Under the pieces are notes generated by a model that saw only the letters and a list, made by a program, of their open reading frames with translations, did no database searches and was not told where the DNA came from. Shown here piece after piece: positions 12,728 through 24,306 of a DNA stretch of 64,000 bases. Within the stretch, counting starts at the first letter, position 1. The number at the start of each line of letters is the position of its first letter. The translations under genes were made by a program, and so were the position numbers. The DNA is from Cyanophora paradoxa CCMP329. Lineage: Eukaryota; Plantae; Glaucophyta. The DNA lies in the NCBI GenBank assembly GCA_004431415.1, contig QPMI01000318.1, positions 1-64,000 on the forward strand, read 5' to 3'.

Positions 12728-12963
12728 CTAAGTTGGCCGACGCCCTCGCGGCTGCCCAGAGCGATGACCTCCGAGCTTCAAGCTAAATAGAGCTGCCTAC
12801 CTGCCAGATGGGATTTTTTTGGTTGCAGAGCGGCAATAGCTAACAGTTCCTGCTTGTGCGCCGGCAAACGAGACCGCGCGCTGCGCAACTTAACTGCCAA
12901 ACATCGAGTCGGGGGTACACGCAGTCGAAGTCCACAAAGCCTGTCCGTGTCGGAAGCAGCACA

Positions 12964-13845
12964 ATGTCCCGGTTCTCGCCATACGTAGACAATGGAGGCA
13001 CTGTAGTAGCCGTCGCGGGCCCCGATTATGCTGTCGTCGCTGCCGACACGCGCCTGAGCGTCGGCTTCTCAGTCCTCACACGCGAGTCATCAAAGCTTGC
13101 CAGGCTGTGAGTGCATTGTGTAACTTCGCCCGCGCGTAGCCCTCCTGCTGCGATCCGCTCTGACCACGACCGCCCATCAGCACTGACAAGTGCGTACTTG
13201 CGAGCGCGGGCATGCGTGCGGACCGGGAAACACTTCACAAGATCCTCAAGATTCGGTTCCAGAAGTACGAACAGCAGCATGGCAAGCAGATGAGCACGCC
13301 GGCATTCGCACAGATGCTGGCAAACACTCTGTACGGACGGCGGTTCTTCCCTTACTACACATTCAACATCGTTGCTGGCCTCGACGAGGAAGGTCCGCAT
13401 CGCCCATGTATTCGGCGGCGAGAGCCACCTCATTCTGTGCAGGAGTGGGCGCTGTCTACGGATACGATGCAATTGGCTCGTTCGAACGCTTGAAGTACGG
13501 TTGCTCAGGATCTGGTAACGCGCTCATCCAGCCCATCCTCGACAACCAGGTCTGCGGGCTGGGTTCGCCCTCTCCTCTGCGCTCCTCATGCATTTCTTTT
13601 TCCTCTGCAGCTCGTGCGCATGAACCAGGTGCCCGGCGGTCGGCGCGACCTCTCGCTTGACGAAGCTGTCGCCCTGATAAAGGTGCGCCCTCTTGACCTG
13701 TGCAAGGGCCTCACTCCTCATCTCGTCCCAGGATGTCATGACATCCGCGGGCGAGCGCGATATCTACACGGGCGACTCCGTTGAAATCCTGAAGATCACG
13801 AGGACTGGCGTCGAGGAGGAACGTTTCGCTCTCAAGCTCGACTAG
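12964..13845 (+). CDS. PSMB1: 20S proteasome subunit beta type-1 (beta 6)
   Basis: [77 protein letters not shown], ends FALKLD*. Four introns. Confidence 0.95.
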
Positions 13846-14144
13846 CTCCTTTCCCTCATCTTTCGAGCCGCCATCCCTCCTGTACATGTCTCCATCTGCT
13901 CTTGATACTTTCTCCAACGAATGTAATCCAGATCCCCTGCCCCGCGAGCGCTCCCCGTCGGGAGCTGCGTTCGCAGTGACGAAAGAGCAGTGGACCAGCG
14001 CCGAGCAACAGTCGGGTTTGCATTAAAAGAGGTATCGTTAAGATACAAGAAGTGACAAGAGGAGAAAACTCTACGCTAGTATTTGCACATGCTGCTACGT
14101 ATTGCTCTGCACAAGTCCAGAAGGGGCAGGGGATGACCTTCAGG

Positions 14145-15439
14145 CTAAGAGAACCCGCTGGCGTCTTGGCGCTGGGCGTGATGTCCGTAATGGCCGCCGG
14201 CGTAGGCGTCGTGCCCCGCCGTACCGCTGGCCGCCGTCAGTGGCGCTAGCGTTGATGCGCCGTACCCGTGCCTCGACGCGACTCCCTGCTGCTGGACCTG
14301 CACCGACAAGCCGGTTAAAAGAGTGGCAGCAGCAAAATGTAATGCAGCGCCGACCTGCCAGTTGGCGCCGGACAGGGCATCGCTTTGGAGCGACCTGAGC
14401 TGCTGCTGCTGCTGCGGCTGCTGCTGGCTTGCAGTGGCGGACTGTTGCCCGGACCAGTTCCAGTACTGCTGGCCCTGAGCCTGGCCAAAACCAGTCTGCG
14501 AGGCGTAGGGATCGAGCTGGGTAGAGTTCGGAAGGGGAGGTGCGGGGGGAAGTGCTGTGCCCGAGCTGAGAGGCAGCGCCGACGTCTGCGGCAGCAGGGA
14601 AGAATCTGCCTGCGTGGCCTGCTCGCAGTTAAGTTGCAGGAAAACATGTGCGCGCGATCAAGGGCGAATACCGCGGTTGGCTGCTGGGCGTTCGCCTGGC
14701 TCGTTTGCTGACCATACGACCCGTACGCGTTCGCGAATGAAGGTAAAGGCGTTCCGGTGTAGTATCCACTCTGCGCCGCGCGCTGGCTCTGCGCCTGCGT
14801 TTGCTGCGACGGCTGCGCCTGGGACTGCTGCTGCTGAGGAGTGAGACCAATGAGCTGCTGGTTGTAGAGAGCCAAAGAGGACTGCATCTGTCCAGCCTGG
14901 CCCGCTGCCTGGCCGGCAGCCGAGCGTCCTGCCTCCGCGCCGTAGTTCTGGGCGCCGTATGCCGAGGACGGCGTTGCAGAGCTGGTGAGCGCCGCTGCAG
15001 CGCCCGGCTGCGCCTGCACAGCGTAACGCGAGTACGGATCCAACGCGGTCTGCGCCGCCTGCCCCTTCGCGGCGGGGGCAGGCGCTGGTGCTTGGGGGGC
15101 CGGGGCCGCCTGCTGAGCCTGCTGCGCCGCCGCCTGCTGCTGACTCTGCTGCATCAGCTGCTGCATCATCAGACCCTGCTGCATCATCCACTGCGCATAA
15201 AGGAGTCAGCCGTCGGAAACATGAAGGGTGGCAGGCAGGGGGGATCGCGACCTGCTGCATTTGCTGCATGTAGAATTGCTGCATGTGCGGCGGGTACTGG
15301 ACAATCTGCTGCATTTGCTGGGCGAAGGACGGATGCAGGCCGGCCATCATGCCGCCCATACCCATCGGCATGCCCATCGGCATACCCATCCCCATCATGC
15401 CGTTAGGCATCATGCCTTGCTGCTGCTGCTGCTGCTGCG

Positions 15440-15479
<40 letters not shown>

Positions 15480-17014
15480 ATGGTGATTCGCCCCACTTGA
15501 CGCGCTGTGCGCGCTCGCTCCCTTGCCGCCTACTCCCAATATCAGCCCACCGAGCCGCATGCGCCAGACAAGCGGAACCGTACCCTTTTTATCGCCCTTG
15601 TCGCTCTTCTTCTCGGGAGGACCGTTCACAGGTGGAGGGGGGGCCTTGTTCTTCTTTGCAGGAGACTGCGGCAGTGTGAATATAGCGAAATATAGCCTTG
15701 GAGCCGATGTTACCTCCTTCGGTGGTTCTGGGTTGTTACGCTTCCATTCCTCCATTTCTCTTGTATACCGTTGCTTCTCTGCCGCCGCTCGATCCTCGTA
15801 CGGCTGCGCAGTTGACGAAGGGACAAAGTTAACGAATACGAGCACGAAGGACGGGCGGCTTGCTGACCTTCTTTTCATCGGGGCCCATCTTCTTCCACAT
15901 CTCTGATATAAACTTGCTCAGGTCCCCCAAAGTTGCATTTGGGTGCTGCTTCTTAACGGACTCCCGGCAGTCGTTCATGAACAAAAAGTACGCGCCCCTG
16001 CGTTAACGCCCGCTCTCAGTATGCAGGCAATAAAAATGGCCTGCGAATTTGTAAAGCAAAGCAGGGAAGGGGGACGCACAACGCGCGCTTCGGCGCCCGC
16101 GGATCCTTCTTCCTTTTGGGGTGCCCGGCCTCGTGCTCCTCCTTCTCTTTCATCTCCTGCTTGTGCCTTTCCACCATCTCTTTCCATGCCGTACCATCAT
16201 AGCTCTTCAGCTGTTCCTTGTAGCGTGCCTTGTCCTTCTCAGCCATCTGCTGGTAGATCGATTTCTCCTCGTCGGACATGACTGCGTACAAGAGCTTTAG
16301 ATAAGAAAAGCTGCGAGCACAAAATCGTGCAGCATAATCTGTACTTTTCCAGCGTTTCCCAGCCTCAGAAGACTGATCCGTCGTGCCCTTGAAGCCCTCT
16401 ATCCGGCACAAGTCAGGGCATCGGAAAGAGATGCAAATGCAAGTGATCACGGACCTAGCTTTAACTTTTCGCGGATCGTCGCCATGAACATCAGGAACGC
16501 GGTCTGCGGCTTCTTCGGTGCTTCGGGGTCCCGTTTCGGCAGCTTCATCGGCTTTACGTGACCATCTTTCTTCTTTCGGCTACTGGTGCCGCGTTTCTGC
16601 AAAGCCGGCTATCAGTCAAGGGTTCGGTCCGACGAGTTCGGTGTGAGTTCGGGGGGAGGCTATACGCGAGGCCGGGCAGCCCCGGAATGCGGACGAACGT
16701 GCTTTAAGGCTAGTTTAAGATCGAATAAACGAGAATAAGCCGGCCGAAGAGGTCCCTCGGGGCAACGTCCCGGACGCAGCGGCCTCGGGATTCAAAACCA
16801 GGCATCGGAGAGCACGGACCCGAGCGCTGGCCGGTTTCGCTGAAGACGATCCGTGACCTGCTGCATCGCCAACGCGGCCGGAGCCGTGGTGCCCGAAATC
16901 CGGGGCGTGGTGACCCTGGAGCTGATCGGCGTCTTGCTGGTCTTCCTCCTCATCATCGTCATCGTCCTTGTTCTCGTTGTACTGCTCCTCGCCAGAATCG
17001 CCGTCCGACGACAT
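14145..17014 (-). CDS. Protein with two HMG boxes and a long Q/M/G/Y-rich low-complexity C-terminus
   Basis: RDPEAPKKPQTAFLMFM...AGKRWK...MAEKDKARYKEQL and KKDPRAPKRAL..AYFCFMND...SEMWKKM..PYEDRAAAEKQRYTREM, followed by polyQ and GMPM repeats. Last exon ends QRQDASGFS*. Confidence 0.85.
15417..15476 (-). repeat. CAG trinucleotide repeat encoding polyglutamine
   Basis: (tgc)n on the + strand with one interruption (Q12-P-Q7 in the HMG protein). Confidence 0.9.
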
Positions 17015-17326
17015 TTTTTTCGCAGATTGGTGTACCGCTGTGAGGCAACGTCGTATCGGTACCCCTGTCAGGTACCTTGGGCGAGCTTCAAGCTGCTTCA
17101 AGGTTCCGAAAAAGTTCAAGGCTTCAAGGTCATGATCAGCTGCAGATATCGATCTAGCTGACTAGATCTACAACCGCCGTCTAGATCTAGAGGAAATTCA
17201 GCCCGCGGCCCCGCTATGAATTCCGAATTGCTGCTTGCTCTCGCGCGCATATGCATGCGCAGCGCTACTAGAGCTCTGGATGCGCCGCGCAGTGCGAACG
17301 CTATAGCTAGATCGTTCACCGAATCT

Positions 17327-19153
17327 CTATGCGTTCACTGAGTCAGCGTGTGTTGTACATGTGGCGTCGACGGGGGCGAGTGTGGGCGGGGAGGCGGGAG
17401 GTTGAGGCGCGGAGGTCGACTGCAAGGGGCGCGCCTCCTCGAGGACGCGGCCTGCGAGGGCGCGCGTCGCGCCCAGCACACAGGCCGCCGGGGCGGCGAG
17501 GCGCACTCAGCAACTCCTCGCGACCGAGCCCGTGCAGGTCATCCGCCAGAGGCAACGCCCGATGCGCCCGCGGCTGCCGGCCCAAGCCGCGCGGAGTGAG
17601 ACGCAGCGGCGACGCCGACCGGGGACTGGCGGCACCTCGTCCAGCGGATCCCTCATCTGCGCGAAGTACGGGTGCTCCAGCGCCTGCGCCCGCGCCCCTC
17701 GGCCTCGGGCCATTGGGCGGGGCGGGGGGGCGGGGGCGGGGGCGCACGGCCTCGACGGTGATGCGCTTGGCGGGGTTGAAGACGAGCATCTTCTGCAGCA
17801 GGTCCAGCGCTGCCGCAGTGCCGCCCGCTCGGCGCCCCCCCGGCGCGGGGGCGGGGCGGGGCGCGGGGGCGGACCGAGGGGCGAGGCGTTGGGGAGTAGC
17901 TGGGGGAGGCGACGTGGGGGCGAAGACCGGGCGCGATTGGCGGCGATGCGTTTGCGAAGGAAGGCGCGGGCCTGCGGGAGGTGGGCGGGGCGCGGGCGGG
18001 GCGCGGGGCCGGTGGGCGGGTGGGCGGGCCCTGCCGGCGGGGGCGAAGTCGAGGTCGGGGTCCTCCTCGTCCAGGGGCCCACCGCGTCCAGCGCCAACGC
18101 CGCCTCCTCCGCCCCTGCCGCCCCCGCCTCGTCCCCGCCGCCCCGCCCCGGCCCCCGCCGACCGCGGCGGCACGCACTGTCGCGGCCCGGGAAGAGGGGC
18201 CGCCGCTGGACGAGTTCCGCCAGGATGCACCCCGCCGACCACACGTCCCCTGCCGCCCGCCTCGGCCCCGCAGCCGCCCCGCGGCGCCCGGCGCGGGGCC
18301 GATCGCGACGGCACCGGGGAAGGAGCAGGCGACGGTGTGGCCGGGTGCAAGGAAGAGCTCCGGAGCGGCGTACCAGCGGGGCCTCTGGCGCGCGCTGCAG
18401 GGCGCGTGGGCGGGGCGGCGCGAGGCCGGGGGCGGCGCAGCGGCGGCGCGCACTCCCCGTCCTCCTCGTCCTCGGAGAGGCCCCGGGGGAGCGCGGAGGG
18501 GCCGGGGCCGGCCGCGCGCTGCTCAGCTCGGCCACCTTCAGCTCGCACGAGGCGCTCACGAGCAGGCCGGCCGGCCGCTGCCGCCGCCGTCGCCCCCCCG
18601 GGGCGCTGCGGGGCGGCGGGAGCGGGCACGAGGGACGTGTGTGCGATGCCGGCCGAGTGGAGGCAGCGCAGGGCCCGCAGCAGCTGGCGCGCGGTGAGGC
18701 GAGCCCCGGCACGGGAGGCGCGGGGCGGGGCGGGCCAGGGGAGGACCTGGTAGAGGAAGTACTGGCAGTGCTCGTCGCTGAGGGCCTGCGAGCTGCGGAT
18801 GATGGAGTGCAGGTCCGAGTCCAGGACCTCGCACGCCGTGTACACGTACAACCCCCCATCCTCCACCGCCCACACGTCTTGCACCGCTGCGATGTTGTCA
18901 TGATCAATGTGCCGTAGGACGCTCCACGCTCGGAGCAGATCCATCATGTCGCTCGGCTCCAGGTGCTCCACCGGTACTTTAGTGATGACGACCTTTGCGC
19001 CCCGCTGAGTGTCCCGCGCTGCCCCGTCCCAGTCAGCGCAGCACCCCCCGCTCGCAGGCTGGCGCGCTGACCCAAGATCGAACGCCAGCTGCGCCGGATG
19101 GGTTCGTAGCGCGCCCCGGGGAGCGCGAACGCCTCTCCCGCAACGATATGCAT
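17327..19153 (-). CDS. MAPK-derived pseudokinase (or decaying pseudogene), paralog of the MAPK at 48215
   Basis: Shares [67 protein letters not shown] and several intron positions with the MAPK. It lacks the Gly-loop, and VAIK is VVIT, HRD is HTS, DFG is ELS. Two apparent 1-nt frameshifts in C/G runs. 3' end uncertain (17327 or 17343). Confidence 0.75.
17666..17895. repeat. Inverted near-identical copy of 49632-49867 (exon and intron sequence)
   Basis: About 150 bp (17666-17815 vs about 49718-49867) is identical by eye, including one whole intron. The flanking 80 bp are near-identical with an 8-bp insertion. Confidence 0.9.
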
Positions 19154-19477
19154 CTGAATGCTGCCCGGTCTCAGAGCAGCACTAGTGCGCTGCAGATGAA
19201 GCTCACCTGGTCGCAGCCATCTGAAAGGCAAAACCTTTGTATAACGATTCGGCAAAACGCTACGCGAATACAGTGCGGTAAAAGCTACGAGTCAATACTT
19301 TGAGTACAAGGTCAGCAGTGACAGTGCGCTGGTACGCTCTGGCTCAGGCTACTCTATTACGCTCAGGGATATCGATGCCGGGCCCGAGGCCCGCCGCCCG
19401 CTTAAGGGAGGGGGGGGAGGGAGGGAGGGGGGGGCGCGGGGCGAGGGGGGTAGCATAGTTCTCGGCAACGTGCCCCG

Positions 19478-22017
19478 ATGGGAGCGGAGCAGAGCAGCAG
19501 TAAAGCGGGGTCGTCCCGCTTTGTACAGCAGGCCTGGCATCAGCCCGGGACCGATGCGGGGCCCATGCAGGCCGAGACAGGTCCTGCTCTTCAGCAGCAG
19601 GCGTGGCAGCAGCCTCCACAGGACGCGTATTACGGCCAGGAAGATCTTCCCTTGCCCGGTACGTACCAGATGGATCCGTACTTCGACTCCTTCCGCCGGA
19701 GAGCACATAGGGTGCGTGCCGAGTCGTTGGGCGCGTCCGGACGTGTGCCTGCCGTTATCCGCGATAGTCGGTTGTACGTCGCGTTTTATTGAGCTCTGAC
19801 TGGTTCGCCGGCTCGCCGGCTTCTGCGACAGGCACCGGTCTATCCACCGGGGGCCGATCCACGCACGCCCGACGAACGGATCCGAGACGTTACTACAGAG
19901 CTAGCGGCTCAGCTCAAGATCCAGAGCAACCCGAAGCACGTAGACGCGGCCGTCAAGCTGGTTCGCACACGTGGCGGCTGGTTCTGGCGTCGATTGACGG
20001 GCGCGCAGCGGGAGAAGGCGCTGGAGAACGGGTCGGTCAAGTTCAGCATCTTCTCTCGGACGAGCCACACGCCGGTGCTCTGCGTGCGCGTCACCAAGGA
20101 GGGCGCCAAGGCGGCCGGCGTCTGCATGAGCCTGCGCCCGCACATCAAGCCGGAGGTGCTCAACCAGATCGAGAAGTTCAAGGCGGCGGTGCGTCTCTCC
20201 GCCCTGCGCTGGCCGAGAGTCTCCTCACGCCCCCACAGCTCCATCAGCACATCTCCATGACCGGCGGGGGCGTCGAGGTAGTCCCTCCCCCCACCCCCGC
20301 TTCTCCCGAGCGCCCTGCCGGCCCCGCCTCACGCGCCGGCAGATCGACGTGGCGCAAGGCTTCTCGCGGCTGCTGCTGCAGTTCAACCGCGAGCCCGTCG
20401 AGAAGCTCTTCCAGGTCCGGGGGGGGGGGGGGGGGGGGGGCCGCGCGGGCCCCGCCGGCCGCGCCACTCGTGCCGACGCGGGGGCAGCTGCACGGGGCGC
20501 CCAAGGCCCTCGCGGCGGCCTCCCAGAAGTTCTCCAAGTTCCGCTTCACCCACTTCACGTGCGCCCCGCCCGCCCCTCGCCCCCTCCCCAGCCCTGCCCC
20601 GCCCCGCCTCACCCCCGCCCGCACCAGCTCCCTCATCATCGACTACCACCGCAACGCCCTCGAGGTCCCGCCGCCGCCGCCGCCGCCGCCGCTGGGGCGG
20701 CGGGGGCCGACGGGGTCGGCCAGGTGGGCTTCGTGCTGCCCCAAGAGGGGCGTGGGCGGCGCGGGGAGTACTTCAAGGCGCTGGTGATGGACTCGCGGCT
20801 GATCGTGCCGGACAACCAGCTGCTCACCCTCCTGCGGGGCGCCTCGTACGCGACGATGACCTTCGGCTTCGACGCCTCGGCGGGGCCCGAGCGCATCTGC
20901 TTCTTCCGGGCCGGCGCCCGCGCCGCCGACATCCACGCCCTCAACAGCGACCCCCTCCTCCGCGCCGTCCTCACCGACGCCCCCGCCGAGCTCGCCTCCG
21001 GCCGCCGCTGGCGCGCGGGCTACAGCTTCGGGCGGGGCGACCTCTACGTCCGCATGGACGTCGACTTCGAGTGCCCGCCCGACGACGGTTCCCGCCCCCC
21101 CGCCCCGCCCCCGCCCCTGCCCCGCCCCTGAGGCCGGCGCAGCGGCGGCGGGAGTGCCGGCGGCCGTGCTGCTCGGGGGCCTGCGCGGGCTCCCCCGCAG
21201 GCGGCCCTGCGCGGGGAGACGGCGGACGGCTTCGTCTCCTCCCTCGCCGCCCGCCTCGGCGCCAGCGGGGCCGCCGCCGCCGCCGCCGCCTCCACCGATT
21301 CCCTCATCGACCGCATCGCCGCCGTCTTCAAGGGCCCGCCCCCTCGCAGCCGCCCGCCGCCCCCGCCCCGCCACCCGCCCCGCCGCGCCGCTCGTCACCC
21401 CCGGGCGGCGCGGGAGGTGCCGGCTGGGGCGCGGAGCCGGCGGGGACGTGTACGGCGGGCTGGGGCACTACGGGGCGCCCCAGGCGGGGAGCCGTCGTCG
21501 CGGCCGGCGTCGAACCGGGCCGGCCAGGGCGCGCTGGAGCAGGCGGCCCCGCCCCAGGAGCACGTCCACGGCTACCCCGTCTACAACTGGGACCCCGTCG
21601 CGCAGCCCGCCAAGCGGCCCTCGCCCCAGGCCCCCCGCCCGCCCAGCAGCAGCAGCGGAAGGGGCAGCCGGCGGGGGGCCCGGCGGGGGGCTTCCGGGAG
21701 CAGTACGCGCGGGAGCAGGCGCGGGCGCGGGCGCACGGGGACGACTGCCTCGCCCACGACGAGCCGCCCTACGCCGGCCTCGCCGCCGACCCCGCCAAGG
21801 CCCGCCCCGCCCCGCCCCCGGCCCCGCCCCCCGGCGCCTCACCGCAGGGCGCGCGCAGATGCCGCCGTCGGCGCCGCCGCCGGGGGCTCCGCGGTACGAG
21901 GGGCGGCGGCCGCAGGACTCGGTGGTCTACCAGGTGTGGCGCAACGAGGAGAAGGCCCCCTCCGCCGGCAGCTCCCCCCAGCAGCCCGCCAAAGAGAAGA
22001 AGAAGAAGCGCTGGTGA
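19478..22017 (+). CDS. ABBA-fold aromatic prenyltransferase-like protein (NphB/CloQ, PTase_Orf2 type) with MG myristoylation-type start and polybasic tail
   Basis: Spliced core GGVE|IDVAQGFSRLLLQFNREPVEKLFQ|LHGAPKALAAASQKFSKFRFTHFT|SLIIDYHRNALE|VGF...VPDNQLLTLLRGASYATMTFGFDASAGPERICFF...RWRAGYSFGRGDLYVRMDVDF follows the motif order of NphB/CloQ. Starts MGAEQSSSK, ends KEKKKKRW*. Confidence 0.65.
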
Positions 22018-22149
22018 CCCCGCGCGCCCCCAGAGCTCCCCTTCACAGCGCCCATTCATTCAGCGGCTCTCGCAACTGCCCGGCGACCGAGGCGTACCAC
22101 GGAGGTGGGCCCACATGCACGGGGCCCCTGCGCGAAGGTCGCCGGCTCC

Positions 22150-23330
22150 TGGACTCGAGACGCAGAGTCGCCGAGTCGGACCTTCACTGACCTTAGTGGG
22201 AAATAATCCCGGAGTCCGGTGATCATGATCCGGAGTCACTTCACTTAGTGAGCCAATTCCGAATTCGAACCTTTGAACTTTGGGACTTCGGAACGTCCCA
22301 AGTTGGCAACGTTTAACGTTGACTAGCACTTGCCATTCATGCACTGCCGCAGTGCGGCAATGATTTGCAATGCCCGCGGCCGTGATGAACTTCGAAACTC
22401 GGCTTAAAATCATGCCATGATGATCAGTGACTTATTAATACGTATACTTCAAGGCTTCAACTCATGATCATGATCAGTGACCGTCGGACTTGCAAGTCCA
22501 TGGCCAGTGGCATGACTTGCCGCAGTGCCACTGGGCCAGTTGGCAGGTTGCTCAGCGCTCAGCGGCTGCCAGGCTGCCAGGCCGGGCTGTAGATCTAGAT
22601 GTAGTAAACGGACCGTCGGGCCTGCAGCTCAGCCGCTAGCGCTGAGCGGCTGGGGGCCGGGCCCCGGGCCCTTCAGGCTTGGCTCAGTGAGATTTGCCAT
22701 GGGCACCGTGGCACAGCTGCCGCAGTGCACTGCCGCAGTGCGGCAGCCTGCTATCCGATGATCCGATGATCAAATCAAACTTGAAATTGAATATTTATTG
22801 TGACGTACACTGCGCATGCTGCCAGGCTGGTACTATCATATTATAGTATCATGATCATCAGCATGATATCTGATCGATTTCATGATCATGACTCATGATC
22901 ATGATCATGACTCATGATCATGATATCGATCATATAATGCATATGCATGATCAGTCCGACGCGTACGTCGACGGTCCCGGGTCGAGGACTTCGGATCAAA
23001 TGCTTGCCGCATGCGCAGTGCCAATTAATAGTGCAACTTGCAACACGCGCGCGCGCGCTATCCGATGATCGCTCGCCGGCGCGCGCGCGACGTCGACGTC
23101 GACGTCGAATCGGCGACTCGGCGAGCCGGCGTGGGGGCCGGTGCCACGGTGGGGGCCGGACATTCCCCCATGGGGCGGCGCTCGCGACCGCGCGCGCGCG
23201 CTCGCGCTCCGAGCTCGAGGCTCGCGCTGGCGCGCATGCATCATGATCCGCGATAAGCGTCGCCGCGCGGCTCATCAGAGTCATGTCTCACGGCGCACAT
23301 GTACAGCTAGCTGCAGGCTGGCTTGGCCGT
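22150..23330. repeat. Intergenic tract saturated with short palindromes and micro-duplications
   Basis: tgatcatgatc, tcatgactcatga, tgccgcagtgcggca (22345-22359), gccaggctgccaggc, gacgtcgacgtcgacgtc, agatctagat. AT-richer than genes; no credible ORF. Confidence 0.75.
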
Positions 23331-23561
23331 TGCAATTGGCGGGATGCATGCCGGCGGAGCGTTCGCTCTTGAAACCCGGTATCCCGGTAGCTCCCACGAA
23401 AGCGTGGCCGGTTCGCACATTTCAACGCGGGACGGAGCGTAACCAGCTACTCCACCTGCTGTGCTATCCCGGCCCAGTCCGACGCCGGGCCTCAATCGGG
23501 CGCCCAGCGTCATTGAGTAAGGCGGACCCGGCCGTGGGGGTCAGTAAAGGCTGCAGCAGCA

Positions 23562-24275
23562 ATGGAAGAAGCATCGCATTCGACCGCGGATGCCGTCAAA
23601 GATCTGCACAAACGAGTCCGGCGTCTTTCGATTGACACAAAGGAACGCCCCCGGCGCAAATCGCTGGACGACGCAAGTCCGACGACACACGACGTGGTGC
23701 TACGCGACGAGGTGCGCGCCTACAACTCCGGCGCGCGCGGCCCCCCCCCCACCCGGCGTCGCGCGGACGCGCGCCCGACGCTGCACGTTCGGCCCGCTCC
23801 CGGTTCCGCAGGTCGTCGAAATGCTGAGCAAGCGTGAAGCGAACTCGAAACCGTACGGTGCACTCGTTCTCGCCTCGGCACCGGCGTGCCTCCGTGCTTC
23901 GCAAGAAGCCGCCGAGTCCGGCTGGCGCTTAGATCTAGGCGATCGTCGCGGGTCGGATGGGGGCGTAGATACGCTTATGCATTCATCGACGGGGGAAGCA
24001 CGGCAGACACGATGAGCGTGCGGGAGGCGCGGGCGGCGCACATCGCGGGGCTCAGACGGGCGCCGGAAGACGAGGACTTCGATGTGCGCGTGACTGACCG
24101 CACCATCCGCTGCGGGAAGAAGGAGGACCAGGGCGCGCCCCGCCCTGCCCCGCCCTGCCCTCCGCGGCGGCGGCCGACGAAGCGGGGCGGGGGCAGTCGA
24201 GCTCACCATCCGCGTGTACTCGCCACACCACATGCACGAGGCGGGGGAGGAGCTGCTGCCGGGGATTGTCTGGTT

Positions 24276-24306
<31 letters not shown>

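Noticed and set aside
24276-24303. Long poly-C tract (and poly-G at 20418-20440) as functional G4/i-motif elements
   Set aside because: These are intronic homopolymers in a genome full of G/C runs; their length is unreliable and there is no specific evidence of function.
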